Of a stretch of DNA of 64,000 nt, positions 40,394 to 51,158 are shown in pieces; the stretch's first letter is position 1, and every line of letters starts with the position of its first letter. The stretch spans positions 9,205 through 73,204 of the forward strand of contig PWYU01000057.1 in NCBI GenBank assembly GCA_003567725.1. Reading direction: 5' to 3'. The position numbers and the translations under genes are program-made. This DNA is from Syntrophomonadaceae bacterium. GTDB taxonomy: Bacteria; Bacillota; Dethiobacteria; DTU022. A model generated the notes under the pieces. It saw nothing but the letters and a program-made list of their open reading frames with translations, was not told where the DNA came from and did no database searches.

Positions 40394-42385
40394 ATGAGAT
40401 ATGCTGAAACCGGTTATAACCTGGAAATTGACCTGTCCAGCGGAAACATTGAAAAAATTGAAACCGACCCGGCGATAACGGAACTGCACCTGGGGGGGCT
40501 GGGGACCAATGCCCGGATTTTATGGGACCGGGTCCCACCCGAAACGGCCCCCCTTTCCCCGGAGAACCTGCTCATTTTCGGAACCGGCCTGCTGGCCGGT
40601 ACACCGGCGCCCGGCGCCAACCGAACCATAGTAACAACCTATTCACCCCAGACCCTTTTATTGGCCTACTCGATGATGGGAGGCTTTTGGGCCCCTGAGC
40701 TGAAACATGCCGGATACGATAAAGTTATATTCAGCGGCCGTTCGCCCGAACTGGTTTACCTCTGGATCAATAACGACCAGGTGGAAATACGCGACGCCTC
40801 CCACCTGCAGGGTAAGGGCGTGGTGGAAACCGAAGAACTGATCAAACGCGAATTAGAGGACCAGGATATCCAGATTGCCTCCATAGGGCTGGCCGGAGAA
40901 AATACCGTTTATTATGCTTCCATAGAGCACGCCCGTTCCAGCGCCAGCCGGGCCGGAATCGGGGCTGTTATGGGCTCCAAAAATTTAAAGGCGGTAGCGG
41001 TCCGGGGAACAAAAGATATCAATATCGCCCAGCCGAAAAAATTTATCGGTCTGTGCAACGAAGTTCTGGATTATATCCAGTGGCGGGCTGAAAATCCGGT
41101 CAAAAATGTCCCGCCCATTTTAGCGGGGCTCGGTTCACCGCAGGAAATGGCCATCCACGATGAAGCATGGCACACCACGGCCTTCTCCTGGGGCAATGCC
41201 CGCTACAGGAGGAAGGGTTTCTGGACCGAAGAAGTGGAAGAAGAATGGTCCAATATCCAGGACAGCGCTGTGCAGCGGCTGATCAGCTGCTACAACTGCC
41301 CCATGAAATGCGGGGCCATCATAGCCTACCCGAGCCTGGAACTTTCAAAGTATATGATGAAATGCTATTCGAAGCTTACTTACGTGATGGGCGCCATGGT
41401 CGACGACCTTGATTTTGGTTTCAGAATTGCCGGGTTGGCCCAGGGTTACGGGGTAGACTCCTACACCGCCCCGCAGGTAATGGCCTTTGCCATTGAGCTT
41501 TATGAAAACGGCATATTAACCGACGAGGATTTGCCGGATTTCCCCCCTGATAGTGAAGGCCGGTTTTTCTACCTCCTGGAAAAAATTGTCCACCGGGAAG
41601 GAATTGGCGATGTCCTGGCCAACGGTGTTTACTGGGCTGCCCGCCAGATCGGAAAAGGAGCGGAAGCTTACGACAGCAATACCATCAAGAAACACGAACA
41701 GATCCCCATCAAGCTGAGCATGTTAAACCCGATTTTCTTCCTGCTGCACTCGACGGGAGAGAAAATAAATATTACCCAGATTGAAGGCCAGCTGCCCCAG
41801 GCTCCCTTCCCGGAAAAAGAAGACCGGGAAGAGTTTGTCAAGGACTGGATCCAGGCTCCAAGCGAAAATATCAAGGACTTTTTCGTCAAGTGGGAGCCGC
41901 GGGGAGAATACGCCTTCCCCTACTTCCCCGATTTCCAGACCGCCTGCGAGCTGGTTGAATGGCAGGAAACGATGCACTATATCGATGACTCCACCGGCAT
42001 CTGCGCCGGGCTGTCATCCTTTCCCATCAAACCGCCTTATCACATCCACAACCTGCCCACCCTGATCTCCGCCGGGTCCGGGCTGGAAGTTGATAAAGAA
42101 AAGCTGTGGAACAAAATTGTCAAAAGAAACCGCTCCCTGCTCAGGGCCATTAACTCCAGGAGGGGCCTGAGGCGAAAAGACGATCGGCCCCCGGAAGATC
42201 ACTGGAAGAAGCGGTTCCCCGAACACGAAGCTAAATTACTTGATGAATATTACAAGTTTAAAGGCTGGAACGAGGAAGGAATCCCGACCAGGGAAACCCT
42301 GAAATCTCTGGACCTGGACTTTGTCGGGGAAGATTTAGAAAAGCGAGGGATATATAACCATGGCCAAAGTGAAAAAGAAAGTTAA
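40394..42385 (+). CDS. bamB: class II benzoyl-CoA reductase, tungstopterin catalytic subunit
   Basis: MRYAETG start, ILAGLGSPQEMAIHDEAWH, WGNAR, SCYNCPMKC, YMMKC, GEKINITQIEGQ and PPYHIHN are BamB-specific rather than generic AOR. Confidence 0.96.
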   Translation: MRYAETGYNLEIDLSSGNIEKIETDPAITELHLGGLGTNARILWDRVPPETAPLSPENLLIFGTGLLAGTPAPGANRTIVTTYSPQTLLLAYSMMGGFWAPELKHAGYDKVIFSGRSPELVYLWINNDQVEIRDASHLQGKGVVETEELIKRELEDQDIQIASIGLAGENTVYYASIEHARSSASRAGIGAVMGSKNLKAVAVRGTKDINIAQPKKFIGLCNEVLDYIQWRAENPVKNVPPILAGLGSPQEMAIHDEAWHTTAFSWGNARYRRKGFWTEEVEEEWSNIQDSAVQRLISCYNCPMKCGAIIAYPSLELSKYMMKCYSKLTYVMGAMVDDLDFGFRIAGLAQGYGVDSYTAPQVMAFAIELYENGILTDEDLPDFPPDSEGRFFYLLEKIVHREGIGDVLANGVYWAARQIGKGAEAYDSNTIKKHEQIPIKLSMLNPIFFLLHSTGEKINITQIEGQLPQAPFPEKEDREEFVKDWIQAPSENIKDFFVKWEPRGEYAFPYFPDFQTACELVEWQETMHYIDDSTGICAGLSSFPIKPPYHIHNLPTLISAGSGLEVDKEKLWNKIVKRNRSLLRAINSRRGLRRKDDRPPEDHWKKRFPEHEAKLLDEYYKFKGWNEEGIPTRETLKSLDLDFVGEDLEKRGIYNHGQSEKES

Positions 42386-42917
42386 GGTTATCAATATTGA
42401 CCTTGAAAAATGCAACGGTTGCCGGGCCTGCGAAGTAATTTGCTCCGCTTTCCACGCGCCCGAAAAATACAGCTTGAACAACCCGGCCCGGTCCCGCATC
42501 CGTATGATCCGCAAACCGCTGGATGATATTTATCTTCCCGTTTATGCGGGCGAATATACCGCATCCGAATGCATGGGCAGGGACAAGTATGTTATCGACG
42601 GCAGGGAATACGACGAATGCGACTTTTGCCGGGCTTCCTGCCCCTCAAGAGACGCCTTCAAGGAGCCTGATTCCGGCCTGCCCCTTAAGTGCGACATGTG
42701 TGAAGATGACCCAGCGCAGGAAGAACCCCTTTGTGTTAAATGGTGCTTATCGGACGCCCTCACTTACGAAGAACGGGAAGAGGAAGTGGAAGAGGAAGAA
42801 GAGCAAGCCCAGGATCTAACCCAGGAGGAAATGGAGAAAGGCTTAAAAGCTTTAGCCGATAAGTACGGCCTGGATGAAGTGGCTAACAGCATGGCCCGGA
42901 TGTTAAAGAAGGAATAA
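42360..42917 (+). CDS. bamC: class II BCR Fe-S subunit
   Basis: CNGCRACEVICSAFH, GREYDECDFCRASCPSR and EPDSGLPLKCDMC. Confidence 0.95.
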   Translation: MAKVKKKVKVINIDLEKCNGCRACEVICSAFHAPEKYSLNNPARSRIRMIRKPLDDIYLPVYAGEYTASECMGRDKYVIDGREYDECDFCRASCPSRDAFKEPDSGLPLKCDMCEDDPAQEEPLCVKWCLSDALTYEEREEEVEEEEEQAQDLTQEEMEKGLKALADKYGLDEVANSMARMLKKE

Positions 42918-42950
42918 ATAGACCACGGCGAAAGAAGGGATTACTACATC

Positions 42951-44102
42951 GTGGATACTGAAACTCCAATCAAAGAGGTTATTGAGGAAATAAAAGAATT
43001 TGGCGGCGAGGCCGTAAAGTACTGCTACCAGTGCGGAAAATGCGATACCCTGTGCCCCTGGAATAAAGTGATCAATTTTAGTATCCGCAGGCTGATCCGG
43101 GAAGCGGCTTTCGGGATCCCCGAAATCGAACTGGAAGAAGTGTGGCGCTGCACCACCTGCGGGAAATGCCCCCAGGAATGCCCCAGGGACGTCAAACAGA
43201 TCGACGACGTGGTGGCCATGCGCCGCATTGCCGCCGAATACGGTGTTTCTTCCACCCTGTTAAAACCGGTCCGTTCAGCCAGCGCCAGCCTGGCCGCGGA
43301 AGGCAATCCCTTTGTCCAGGACCGCTCCAAACGGGCCGACTGGGCGGAGGGCCATAATGTCAAACCATTTGACGAAACGATGGAAATTCTATATTTTCCC
43401 TGCTGCTATGTATGCTATGACCAGCGATTGATGGAAATTGCCCGGGCTACAGCCGGGATCCTCAATAAGGCCGGGGTAGAATTCGGCATCCTGGGCACCG
43501 AGGAAAACTGCTGCGGAGAAAGTATCCGCAAAACAGGCAACGAAGATGTTTTCAAAACCCTGGCCCGGGAAAATATCAAAACTTTTATCGATCACGGGGT
43601 GAAAAAAATTCTTGTCTCTTCGCCGCACTGCTACCACACCTTTAAAAATGAGTACCCCGAGTTCAAGGCCAACTTTGAGGTGGTCCATATCTCGGAATAT
43701 TTAAATGAACTGATCAAAAAAGGCCGCCTTAAAATAAACGGCGAGTATAATAAAAGGGTTGCCTATCATGACCCCTGCTACCTGGGCCGGCACAACGGCA
43801 TTTATGATCCGCCCAGGGAAATATTGCAGGCAATCCCCGGCCTGGAATTTTGCGAGCTTTACGAGGCCCGGGAAGAAAGCCTCTGCTGCGGCATGGGCGG
43901 CGGCAGGATCTGGATCGACACCAAGATGTCGGAGCGCTTTTCCAACCTCCGGCTGGAGCAGGCTATCGAGATTGGGGTCGAGGTGCTGGCCACTGCCTGC
44001 CCTTACTGCGTTGATGCCCTGGAAGAAAGCAGGTCGGGCCTGAATTATGAAGAAACTATTTTGGTTAGAGATATCACTGAAATTATTAATGAATTAAGCT
44101 GA
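42951..44102 (+). CDS. bamD: class II BCR HdrC/HdrD-like subunit
   Basis: Two [4Fe-4S] motifs plus two CCG domains (ENCCGE, YHDPCYLGR, LCCGMGGG, TACPYC). Confidence 0.93.
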   Translation: MDTETPIKEVIEEIKEFGGEAVKYCYQCGKCDTLCPWNKVINFSIRRLIREAAFGIPEIELEEVWRCTTCGKCPQECPRDVKQIDDVVAMRRIAAEYGVSSTLLKPVRSASASLAAEGNPFVQDRSKRADWAEGHNVKPFDETMEILYFPCCYVCYDQRLMEIARATAGILNKAGVEFGILGTEENCCGESIRKTGNEDVFKTLARENIKTFIDHGVKKILVSSPHCYHTFKNEYPEFKANFEVVHISEYLNELIKKGRLKINGEYNKRVAYHDPCYLGRHNGIYDPPREILQAIPGLEFCELYEAREESLCCGMGGGRIWIDTKMSERFSNLRLEQAIEIGVEVLATACPYCVDALEESRSGLNYEETILVRDITEIINELS

Positions 44103-44135
44103 TCTTTAACCTGAAACCTGGCGAGGTGAAATATA

Positions 44136-47100
44136 TTGGATCAGATGATGGAACTAAAAGGCGAACAGCTGCTTAAAAGTCTTGCCGGCGGTAATTTCGG
44201 AGACGTCATGGTGGTCGGCGGAGGGGTCAGCGGGATCCAGGCTTCCCTGGACCTGGCCGCAGTGGGCTTCAAGGTTTACCTGGTTGACAGGGCTCCCGCC
44301 ATCGGGGGCCACATGGCCCAGCTGGATAAAACCTTCCCCACCAATGACTGTTCGATGTGAATACTCTCGCCCAAGCTGGTCGAGGTCGACCGGCACACCA
44401 ACATCGAAGTCATTTCCTATACTGAAGTTGACAGCGTAGAGGGGGAAGCGGGTAATTTCAGGGTCAGGCTGAGGAAAAAGCCCCGCTATATCCGGGAAGA
44501 CAAGTGCACCGGCTGCACCGTGTGCACAGAATACTGCCCGGTCCAGTACCCAGATGAATTTAACCAGGATATTTCGAACAACAAGGCTATCCATATCTAT
44601 TACTCTCAGGCCATACCTTTGATAACTTACATTGATGAAAACTGCCTCTACTTAAAAGAGGGGAAATGCCTGATTTGCGAGGCGGTCTGTCAAAATGAAG
44701 CGATAGATTTCAGCCAAACTGAAGAAATAATGGAAATTAATGTCGGGGCGGTAATTTTAGCCCCCGGTTATGAAGAATATGATCCCATGATCAGGGGAGA
44801 CTATGGAGCCGGAAAGTACGAAAACGTGGTCTCCAGTATGGACTACGAGCGGCTAACCGATTCCACCGGCCCTTACGAGGGGCAGGTCCTGCGCCCTTCG
44901 GACCTGGAGCATCCCCGTAAAGTGGCCTGGATCCAGTGTGTTGGCTCCAGGCAGGTCAACCCGCCGGGAGCCAACAGCTACTGCTCTTCGGTATGCTGTA
45001 CTTACACCCAGAAACAGGTCATTTTAACCAAGGAGCATGACCCGGAAACCGAATGCACCGTTTTCCACAACGATATCCGTTCCTACGGCAAAGATTTTGA
45101 AAGGTTTTACCAGAGGGCGGAAGAAATGCCGGGGGTCAGGTTTTTCAGGAGTTATGTGTCAGTGGTCAGAGAAGATCCGGAAACCAAAAACGTGACTATA
45201 AAATATACCACCCCCGAGGAGGGGGTAAAAGAAGAAGAATTTGACCTGGTGGTTCTGTCAGTAGGCCTGAGCCCGCCGCCGGATGTAGAAGGGCTGGCTA
45301 AAAAGTTCGGGCTCGAATTAAATGACCACGGTTTTTGCAAAACCAACCCGGTCAACCCCATAGAAACATCGCGTCCGGGCTTCTACATCAGCGGGGCATT
45401 CCAGGGCCCGCTCGATATCCCCGAATCGGTAGTTACCGCCAGCGGCGCCGGATCACAGTGCGGCGAACTGCTAAATTACCGCAAAGGCGACCTGTCCGTG
45501 GAAAGGGTCTACCCGCCGGAAAAAGACGTTTCCCTGGAAGAACCGCGGATCGGAGTCTTTGTCTGTCACTGCGGGGCCAATATCGGCCGAGTGGTTGATG
45601 TCCCTTCAAATGTCGAGTACGCATTAACCCTGCCCAATGTTGTATATGCCCAGGAACAGCTTTTTTCCTGCGCCACCAACAGTGCCGAAGAAATAACCGA
45701 AAAAATCAAGGAAGAAAATCTCAACCGGGTTATCGTCGCCGCCTGTTCCCCGAGAACCCTCGAGATGCTTTTCCGGGACACCCTGAGGGAAGCGGGCATC
45801 AACCAGTACTATTACGAGATGGCCAATATCAGGGAACATTGCTCCTGGGTCCATCCCAAGCAAAAAGATGAAGCCACTCAAAAAGCGAAAGATATCATCA
45901 GGATGGCCGTGGCAAGGACCCGCTACCTGGAACCGCTGATGGAGATCGATCTGCCGGTGGACAAAAGGGCCCTGGTAGTTGGGGCCGGCGTAGCCGGGAT
46001 GACCTCTGCCCTGTCCATTGCCGAACACGGCCACCATGTCTACCTGGTGGAAAAAGAACCCGTCCTCGGGGGAACGGCCAGGAAAGTTTATGACACCCTG
46101 GAAGGCCTTGATGTCCAGGAATTCCTGCGCGATCTGATCGAAAGAGTCTACCGGCATCCCCTGATCCATGTTTATACCGGGGCCGAGATTACCGGGACTG
46201 CCGGTTACATCGGCAACTTTGCGACCAAAGTCCAGTCCGGCCGGGGCAGCGTCGAGATAAAACACGGGGCCACGGTGATCGCAACCGGGGCTGACGTTTA
46301 CACTCCCACCGAGTATCTCTACGGTGAAGACGAGCGGGTTATGACCCAGCTGGAACTGGAAGAAAAAATTACCACCGGAGACGAAATAGTGGCCCATGCA
46401 GAAAACGTGGTCATGATCCAGTGCGTGGGCTGCAGAAACGAGGATCGCAATTACTGCAGCCGGATCTGCTGCAACGAATCAGTCAAAAATGCCCTGACTT
46501 TAAAAGAAAAGAACCCCGATCAGGATGTCTACATCCTTTTCAGGGATATGAGAACTTACGGTTACAACGAAGACTATTACCGGGAAGCCGCCGACAAAGG
46601 GGTCGTATTTATCCGCTATGAACCCGGACAGGAACCGCAGCTTGAACCGGCCGAAGAAGAAGGGCGCCCGGTTTTAAAAGTGACCCTGCCCGATTACGTG
46701 CTGCAAAAAAATATCGAAATAGATGCCGACCTCATCGCCCTGGCCGCTGCGGTTATTCCTTCCGCCGGGACCAGGAAAATAGAAAATCTATTCAAGGTGG
46801 GCCTGAACCCGGATGGCTTTTTCAAGGAAGCGCATGTCAAGTTAAGGCCGGTGGAGTTCGCCGCTGAAGGAGTCTATCTGTGCGGTATAGCCCACTACCC
46901 CAAACTGATTACAGAAACTGTCAGCCAGGCTTTCGGCGCCGCCGGCAGGGTCCTGGCCCTGCTTTCAAACGACATTGTCACCGCTTCCGGGGCGATATGC
47001 GAAGTGGAAGAAAACAAATGTGTTACCTGCGGGGCCTGCATCGATGTCTGCGCCTACGGGGCCATAGCATTCCAGGAAACAGAAACCGGCCTTACGGCGG

Positions 47101-47261
47101 CCGTAAACCCGGTCCTGTGCAAAGGAGACGGTCTCTGCAATGCCGTCTGCCCAACAGGTGCAATCCAGTTAAAACACTTTACCGATGAGGAGCTGCTCAG
47201 TCAAATCGATGCGGCCGCTCCCGAAGAAGAAAGCGCAGATAAAAAAGAAGCGGCCGTTTAA
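44136..47261 (+). CDS. bamE: class II BCR HdrA-like flavoprotein; selenoprotein (U75)
   Basis: ORFs 44136-44360 and 44520-47261 share a frame. TGA 44358-44360 lies in [18 protein letters not shown], a Cys position of HdrA; hairpin GCTGGTCG-AGGT-CGACCGGC follows. Confidence 0.93.
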
Positions 47262-47314
47262 AAACAGATAAACGGCGGTAAAGGTGAATATACTAAACCA
47301 GGAGGTGGCGGCGG

Positions 47315-48079
47315 ATGAGTGAAAAGCACACATTCAAACCGAAAGTAATTGGCTTCGTATGCCAGTGGTGAGGATATGGAGCTGCGGACTTGGCTGGAGT
47401 TTCCAGACTACAATATACAACTGAAATCAGGCTGATTCGGGTCATGTGCAGCGGGCGGATCGATCTGTCCCACCTGTTCAGGGCCTTTTCGAACGGGATG
47501 GACGGCGTGTTCATCGGCGGCTGTCACTTAAAAGAGTGCAACTATGTTACCCAGGGTAATTACCATGCCCTGAACCTGGTCTTATTGAGCAAGCGGATTA
47601 TGAAACATATCGGGCTGAACCCCGACCGCTTGAGGATAGAATTTATGTCTTCCGGCGAAGGGAACCTGTTTGCCCGGGCTGTGGATGATTTTGTAAAAAC
47701 GGTCAGGGAAGCGGGGCCGCTCGGCATCAGTGAAGGGCTGGACCGGGAAACCCTAAAGCTTAATATAAAAGCTGTTTCCAAACTGATCCCTTATATCAGG
47801 CTGGTAGAAAGCGAAAGGTTAAGGGGCCATTTTGAAACCCAGGATCAGTTTAAAGCCTTTTATAACAGCGAGGAATTTGAAAGACTTTTTAAAGAGTTGA
47901 TCGCCGATAAACTGGCCATCAGCCAGATCATGTCCCTTTTAAAGGAAAAACCCTTATCCACCGGGGAAATTTCGGAAATCCTGGGCCTTAGTCCATCCGA
48001 TATATCAAAACACCTGAAGAATTCGGCCAAGCAGGGATTAGTCAGGTATGAAGAAAACCAGAAACGCTTCGCTTTATGA
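47315..48079 (+). CDS. bamF: class II BCR MvhD-like subunit; selenoprotein (U19), with a C-terminal winged HTH
   Basis: ATG 47315 after GGAGG; KVIGFVCQW-U-GYGAADLAG with TGA at 47369-47371; RVMCSGR and GCHLKECNY. Confidence 0.93.
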
Positions 48080-48144
48080 GGGATTAGTTGAAATTATGTT
48101 GATCAGGGCATGATCAGGATCAAGGAGGAAATCATATAGAGGCC

Positions 48145-48597
48145 ATGGATATCAATAGAATTGATCAAATCATAGACCGGCATAACTGTGAAGCCAGTTC
48201 CTTAATCCAGGTTTTACTGGAAATTCAAAGCGAGAACCACTGGCTGCCCAAACAGGTCCTGGAGAGGATCAGCGAAAGGTTAGAGGTGCCCTTATCCCGG
48301 ATCCAGCATATTGCCACTTTTTACAAAGCCTTTAGCCTTGTGCCCAAAGGCCGTAATGAAATTCACATCTGCATGGGTACTGCCTGCCATGTTCGCGGAG
48401 CCCAGAACATTCTCAGCGCCGTGGAAGACCTGACCGGCATAAAACCCGGCGAAACAGACCTGGATTTAAAATTCAGCCTGGAGACCGTAAACTGCCTGGG
48501 ATGCTGCGCTCTGGGGCCGGTGATGGATGTTAATGGGCAGATTCACGGTAATCTCTCGCCGGCTGATACCGAAGAAGCGATAAAAAAATATGAGTGA
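48145..48597 (+). CDS. bamG: class II BCR NuoE-like subunit
   Basis: ICMGTACHVRG and VNCLGCCALGP. Confidence 0.92.
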   Translation: MDINRIDQIIDRHNCEASSLIQVLLEIQSENHWLPKQVLERISERLEVPLSRIQHIATFYKAFSLVPKGRNEIHICMGTACHVRGAQNILSAVEDLTGIKPGETDLDLKFSLETVNCLGCCALGPVMDVNGQIHGNLSPADTEEAIKKYE

Positions 48598-48606
48598 GGG
48601 AAATCT

Positions 48607-50535
48607 ATGCCACGGATAAATTCACCTGATGAGCTGGAAAAAGTCAGAAATGATATATTATCCCAAAAAGATTCAAATAAACCCTGTATTTCTATATGCG
48701 CCGGCACCGGTTGTCTCGCCTGTGGGGCAGCCGAAGTAATTGCCGCCTTTAAAGAAGAACTAAATAAACAGGGTCTGGAGGTCGATATCGATACCAAAGG
48801 GACCGGTTGCCCCGGTTTTTGCGAAAGAGGCCCCATCCTGGTCATTTATCCTGAAGAGATCTGTTATCTCCAGGTTAAGCCTGAAGATGTACCTGAAATC
48901 ATTGCTCAGACCATTAAAGAGAAAAAAGTTTTAGAGCGCCTTCTTTATCTTGATCCAACTACAAATGAAAGTGCAACCAGGGAATCAGAAATTCCTTTTT
49001 ACAATAATCAGGAACGAATTATTATCAGTAATAATATTAAAATTGATTCTAAGCGCATTGAGGATTATCTGGCTATCGGTGGTTACTCTGCTTTGGCGAA
49101 AACTCTTTTCCAGATGACTCCTGAGCAGGTGCTGGAAGAAGTTAAAAAAACCAATCTGAGGGGTAGAGGAGGTGGCGGTTTTCCGGCAGCATTAAAGTGG
49201 GAAGGATCACGGAATGCCCCTGATCCTGAAAAATATGTAATTGTCAATGCCGACGAAGGTGATCCAGGAGCCTTCATGGACAGAGCATTGCTTGAAGGAA
49301 ACCCGCATTTAATCCTTGAGGGCTTAATGATTGGTGCTTATACTATCGGCGCCCGTAAAGGTTATATTTATGTCCGGCAGGAATACCCCCTGGCAGTAGA
49401 AAATGTGACCATCGCCATCAGGCAGGCTGAAGAATACGGTTTTTTGGGAAATAATATTCTTGGTTCCGGTTTTGATTTTACCGTCGAGGTTCATCAGGGC
49501 GCAGGCGCATTTGTCTGCGGTGAATCAAGTGCCTTGATGACCGCACTGGAAGGCAAGACAGGGGAACCCAGGCCGAAATATATTCGCTCCAACATCAGGG
49601 GCCTGTGGGAAAAACCAACCGTTCTAAACAATGTTGAAACCTGGGCCAACGTGCCTTTGATCATCAATAATGGCGCCGACTGGTTTAACAGTCATGGAAC
49701 AGATAGTAGCAAGGGAACAAAAATCTTTTCCCTGGTAGGTAAAATCAATAATACCGGCCTCGTAGAAATTCCGATGGGCATGACCCTGCGGGATATTATT
49801 TATAAGGTCGGCGGTGGTATTCCGGAAAATAAAAAATTTAAAGCTGTCCAGACCGGTGGTCCCTCCGGTGGATGTCTGCCCGACAGTATGTTGGACTTAG
49901 AGGTTAGTTTCGATGAGCTGATCAACGCCGGATCAATGATGGGCTCCGGCGGGATGATTGTTATGGATGAGGATACCTGCATGGTCGATGTGGCCAGGTA
50001 CTTTTTAGATTTCCTAACCGATGAATCCTGCGGCAAATGCGTGCCCTGCCGCGAGGGCGTCAAGCAAATGTTGAAAATCCTGACCAATATTACAAAAGGC
50101 CAAGGCAAAGAAGGCGACCTTGAACTTTTAGAACAGCTGAGCGAGGTAGTCCAGGAAATATCCCTTTGCGCCCTGGGGCAGACTGCTCCCAATCCATTCC
50201 TCAGCACTTTGAAATATTTCAGAGAGGAATACGAAGCGCATATCGAGGGGAAAAGATGCCCGGCTCTCTACTGTAAAGAATTAATTTCCTACTATATTGA
50301 CCCGGAAAAATGCCAGGCCTGCATGGCCTGCCTTAAAAAATGCCCTTCAGATGCCATTATAGGCGGTAAGAAAACCATCCATATCATTGATCAGGATAAA
50401 TGCACCAAATGCAATACCTGTATCGATGTTTGCCCACCCCGCTTTAAGGCGGTGAGAAAAATTTCCGGCGAGCCCGTCCCGCCTCCTATTCCTGAAGAAG
50501 AAAGAACCATTACCAGGGGGAGTAAAGAAAAATGA
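48607..50535 (+). CDS. bamH: class II BCR NuoF-like NADH-binding subunit
   Basis: RGRGGGGFP, NADEGDPGAFMDR, GAGAFVCGE, ESCGKCVPCREG and C-terminal Fe-S motifs. Confidence 0.93.
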   Translation: MPRINSPDELEKVRNDILSQKDSNKPCISICAGTGCLACGAAEVIAAFKEELNKQGLEVDIDTKGTGCPGFCERGPILVIYPEEICYLQVKPEDVPEIIAQTIKEKKVLERLLYLDPTTNESATRESEIPFYNNQERIIISNNIKIDSKRIEDYLAIGGYSALAKTLFQMTPEQVLEEVKKTNLRGRGGGGFPAALKWEGSRNAPDPEKYVIVNADEGDPGAFMDRALLEGNPHLILEGLMIGAYTIGARKGYIYVRQEYPLAVENVTIAIRQAEEYGFLGNNILGSGFDFTVEVHQGAGAFVCGESSALMTALEGKTGEPRPKYIRSNIRGLWEKPTVLNNVETWANVPLIINNGADWFNSHGTDSSKGTKIFSLVGKINNTGLVEIPMGMTLRDIIYKVGGGIPENKKFKAVQTGGPSGGCLPDSMLDLEVSFDELINAGSMMGSGGMIVMDEDTCMVDVARYFLDFLTDESCGKCVPCREGVKQMLKILTNITKGQGKEGDLELLEQLSEVVQEISLCALGQTAPNPFLSTLKYFREEYEAHIEGKRCPALYCKELISYYIDPEKCQACMACLKKCPSDAIIGGKKTIHIIDQDKCTKCNTCIDVCPPRFKAVRKISGEPVPPPIPEEERTITRGSKEK

Positions 50536-51152
50536 GCAAAATCCTGTTAAAAATTGACGGAAAAGAAATCGAAGCAGAAGAAGGCATGACTCTCCTGGAG
50601 GCAGCCCGGGACGGGGGTATTGAAATCCCGGCCCTCTGTCACCACGAAAAACTCGAACCCTACGGAGCCTGCCGGATCTGCACGGTGGAAGCAGAAAAAA
50701 ACGGCCGTTCGAAGCTTGTCGTTTCCTGCGTTTACCCGGTCGAAAAAGGGCTGAACGTAACAACCAGGTCCGAAAAAATTGACCGGGTCCGCAAAACAAT
50801 CCTGGAACTGCTTTTATCCCATGCCCCCGATTCTGAAAAACTCCTGGAGCTGGCCGCAGAATACGGTGCCAACAAAGATCGCTTCGAGAAGGAACCTTCA
50901 TTTTGCATTCACTGCGGCCTTTGCGTGCGCTACTGCGCCGAAATAAAGGGGAAATTTGCGGTTGGCTTTATCAACCGGGGATCCAGGCGCGAGATAAACT
51001 TTATCCCGGAACTGGCCGCTACCGAGTGCTGGAATTGCAAGGAATGCTTTCCCCTGTGCCCGACTTCGGCCCTGCAGGCTGCCTATGTATTTACAGAAGC
51101 CCAGTTTTCCGAAAATCCTGCTTTCGAAGCCAATTCAGGCAAGAAAAATTAA
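50532..51152 (+). CDS. bamI: class II BCR NuoG-N-like Fe-S subunit
   Basis: IPALCHH, GACRIC, CIHCGLCVRYC and CWNCKECFPLCPT. Confidence 0.92.
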   Translation: MSKILLKIDGKEIEAEEGMTLLEAARDGGIEIPALCHHEKLEPYGACRICTVEAEKNGRSKLVVSCVYPVEKGLNVTTRSEKIDRVRKTILELLLSHAPDSEKLLELAAEYGANKDRFEKEPSFCIHCGLCVRYCAEIKGKFAVGFINRGSRREINFIPELAATECWNCKECFPLCPTSALQAAYVFTEAQFSENPAFEANSGKKN

Positions 51153-51158
51153 ACTTGG

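Noticed and set aside
45624-46397. 257-aa minus-strand ORF and the many other short overlapping ORFs in the track
   Set aside because: Antisense or alternate-frame shadows of well-supported genes
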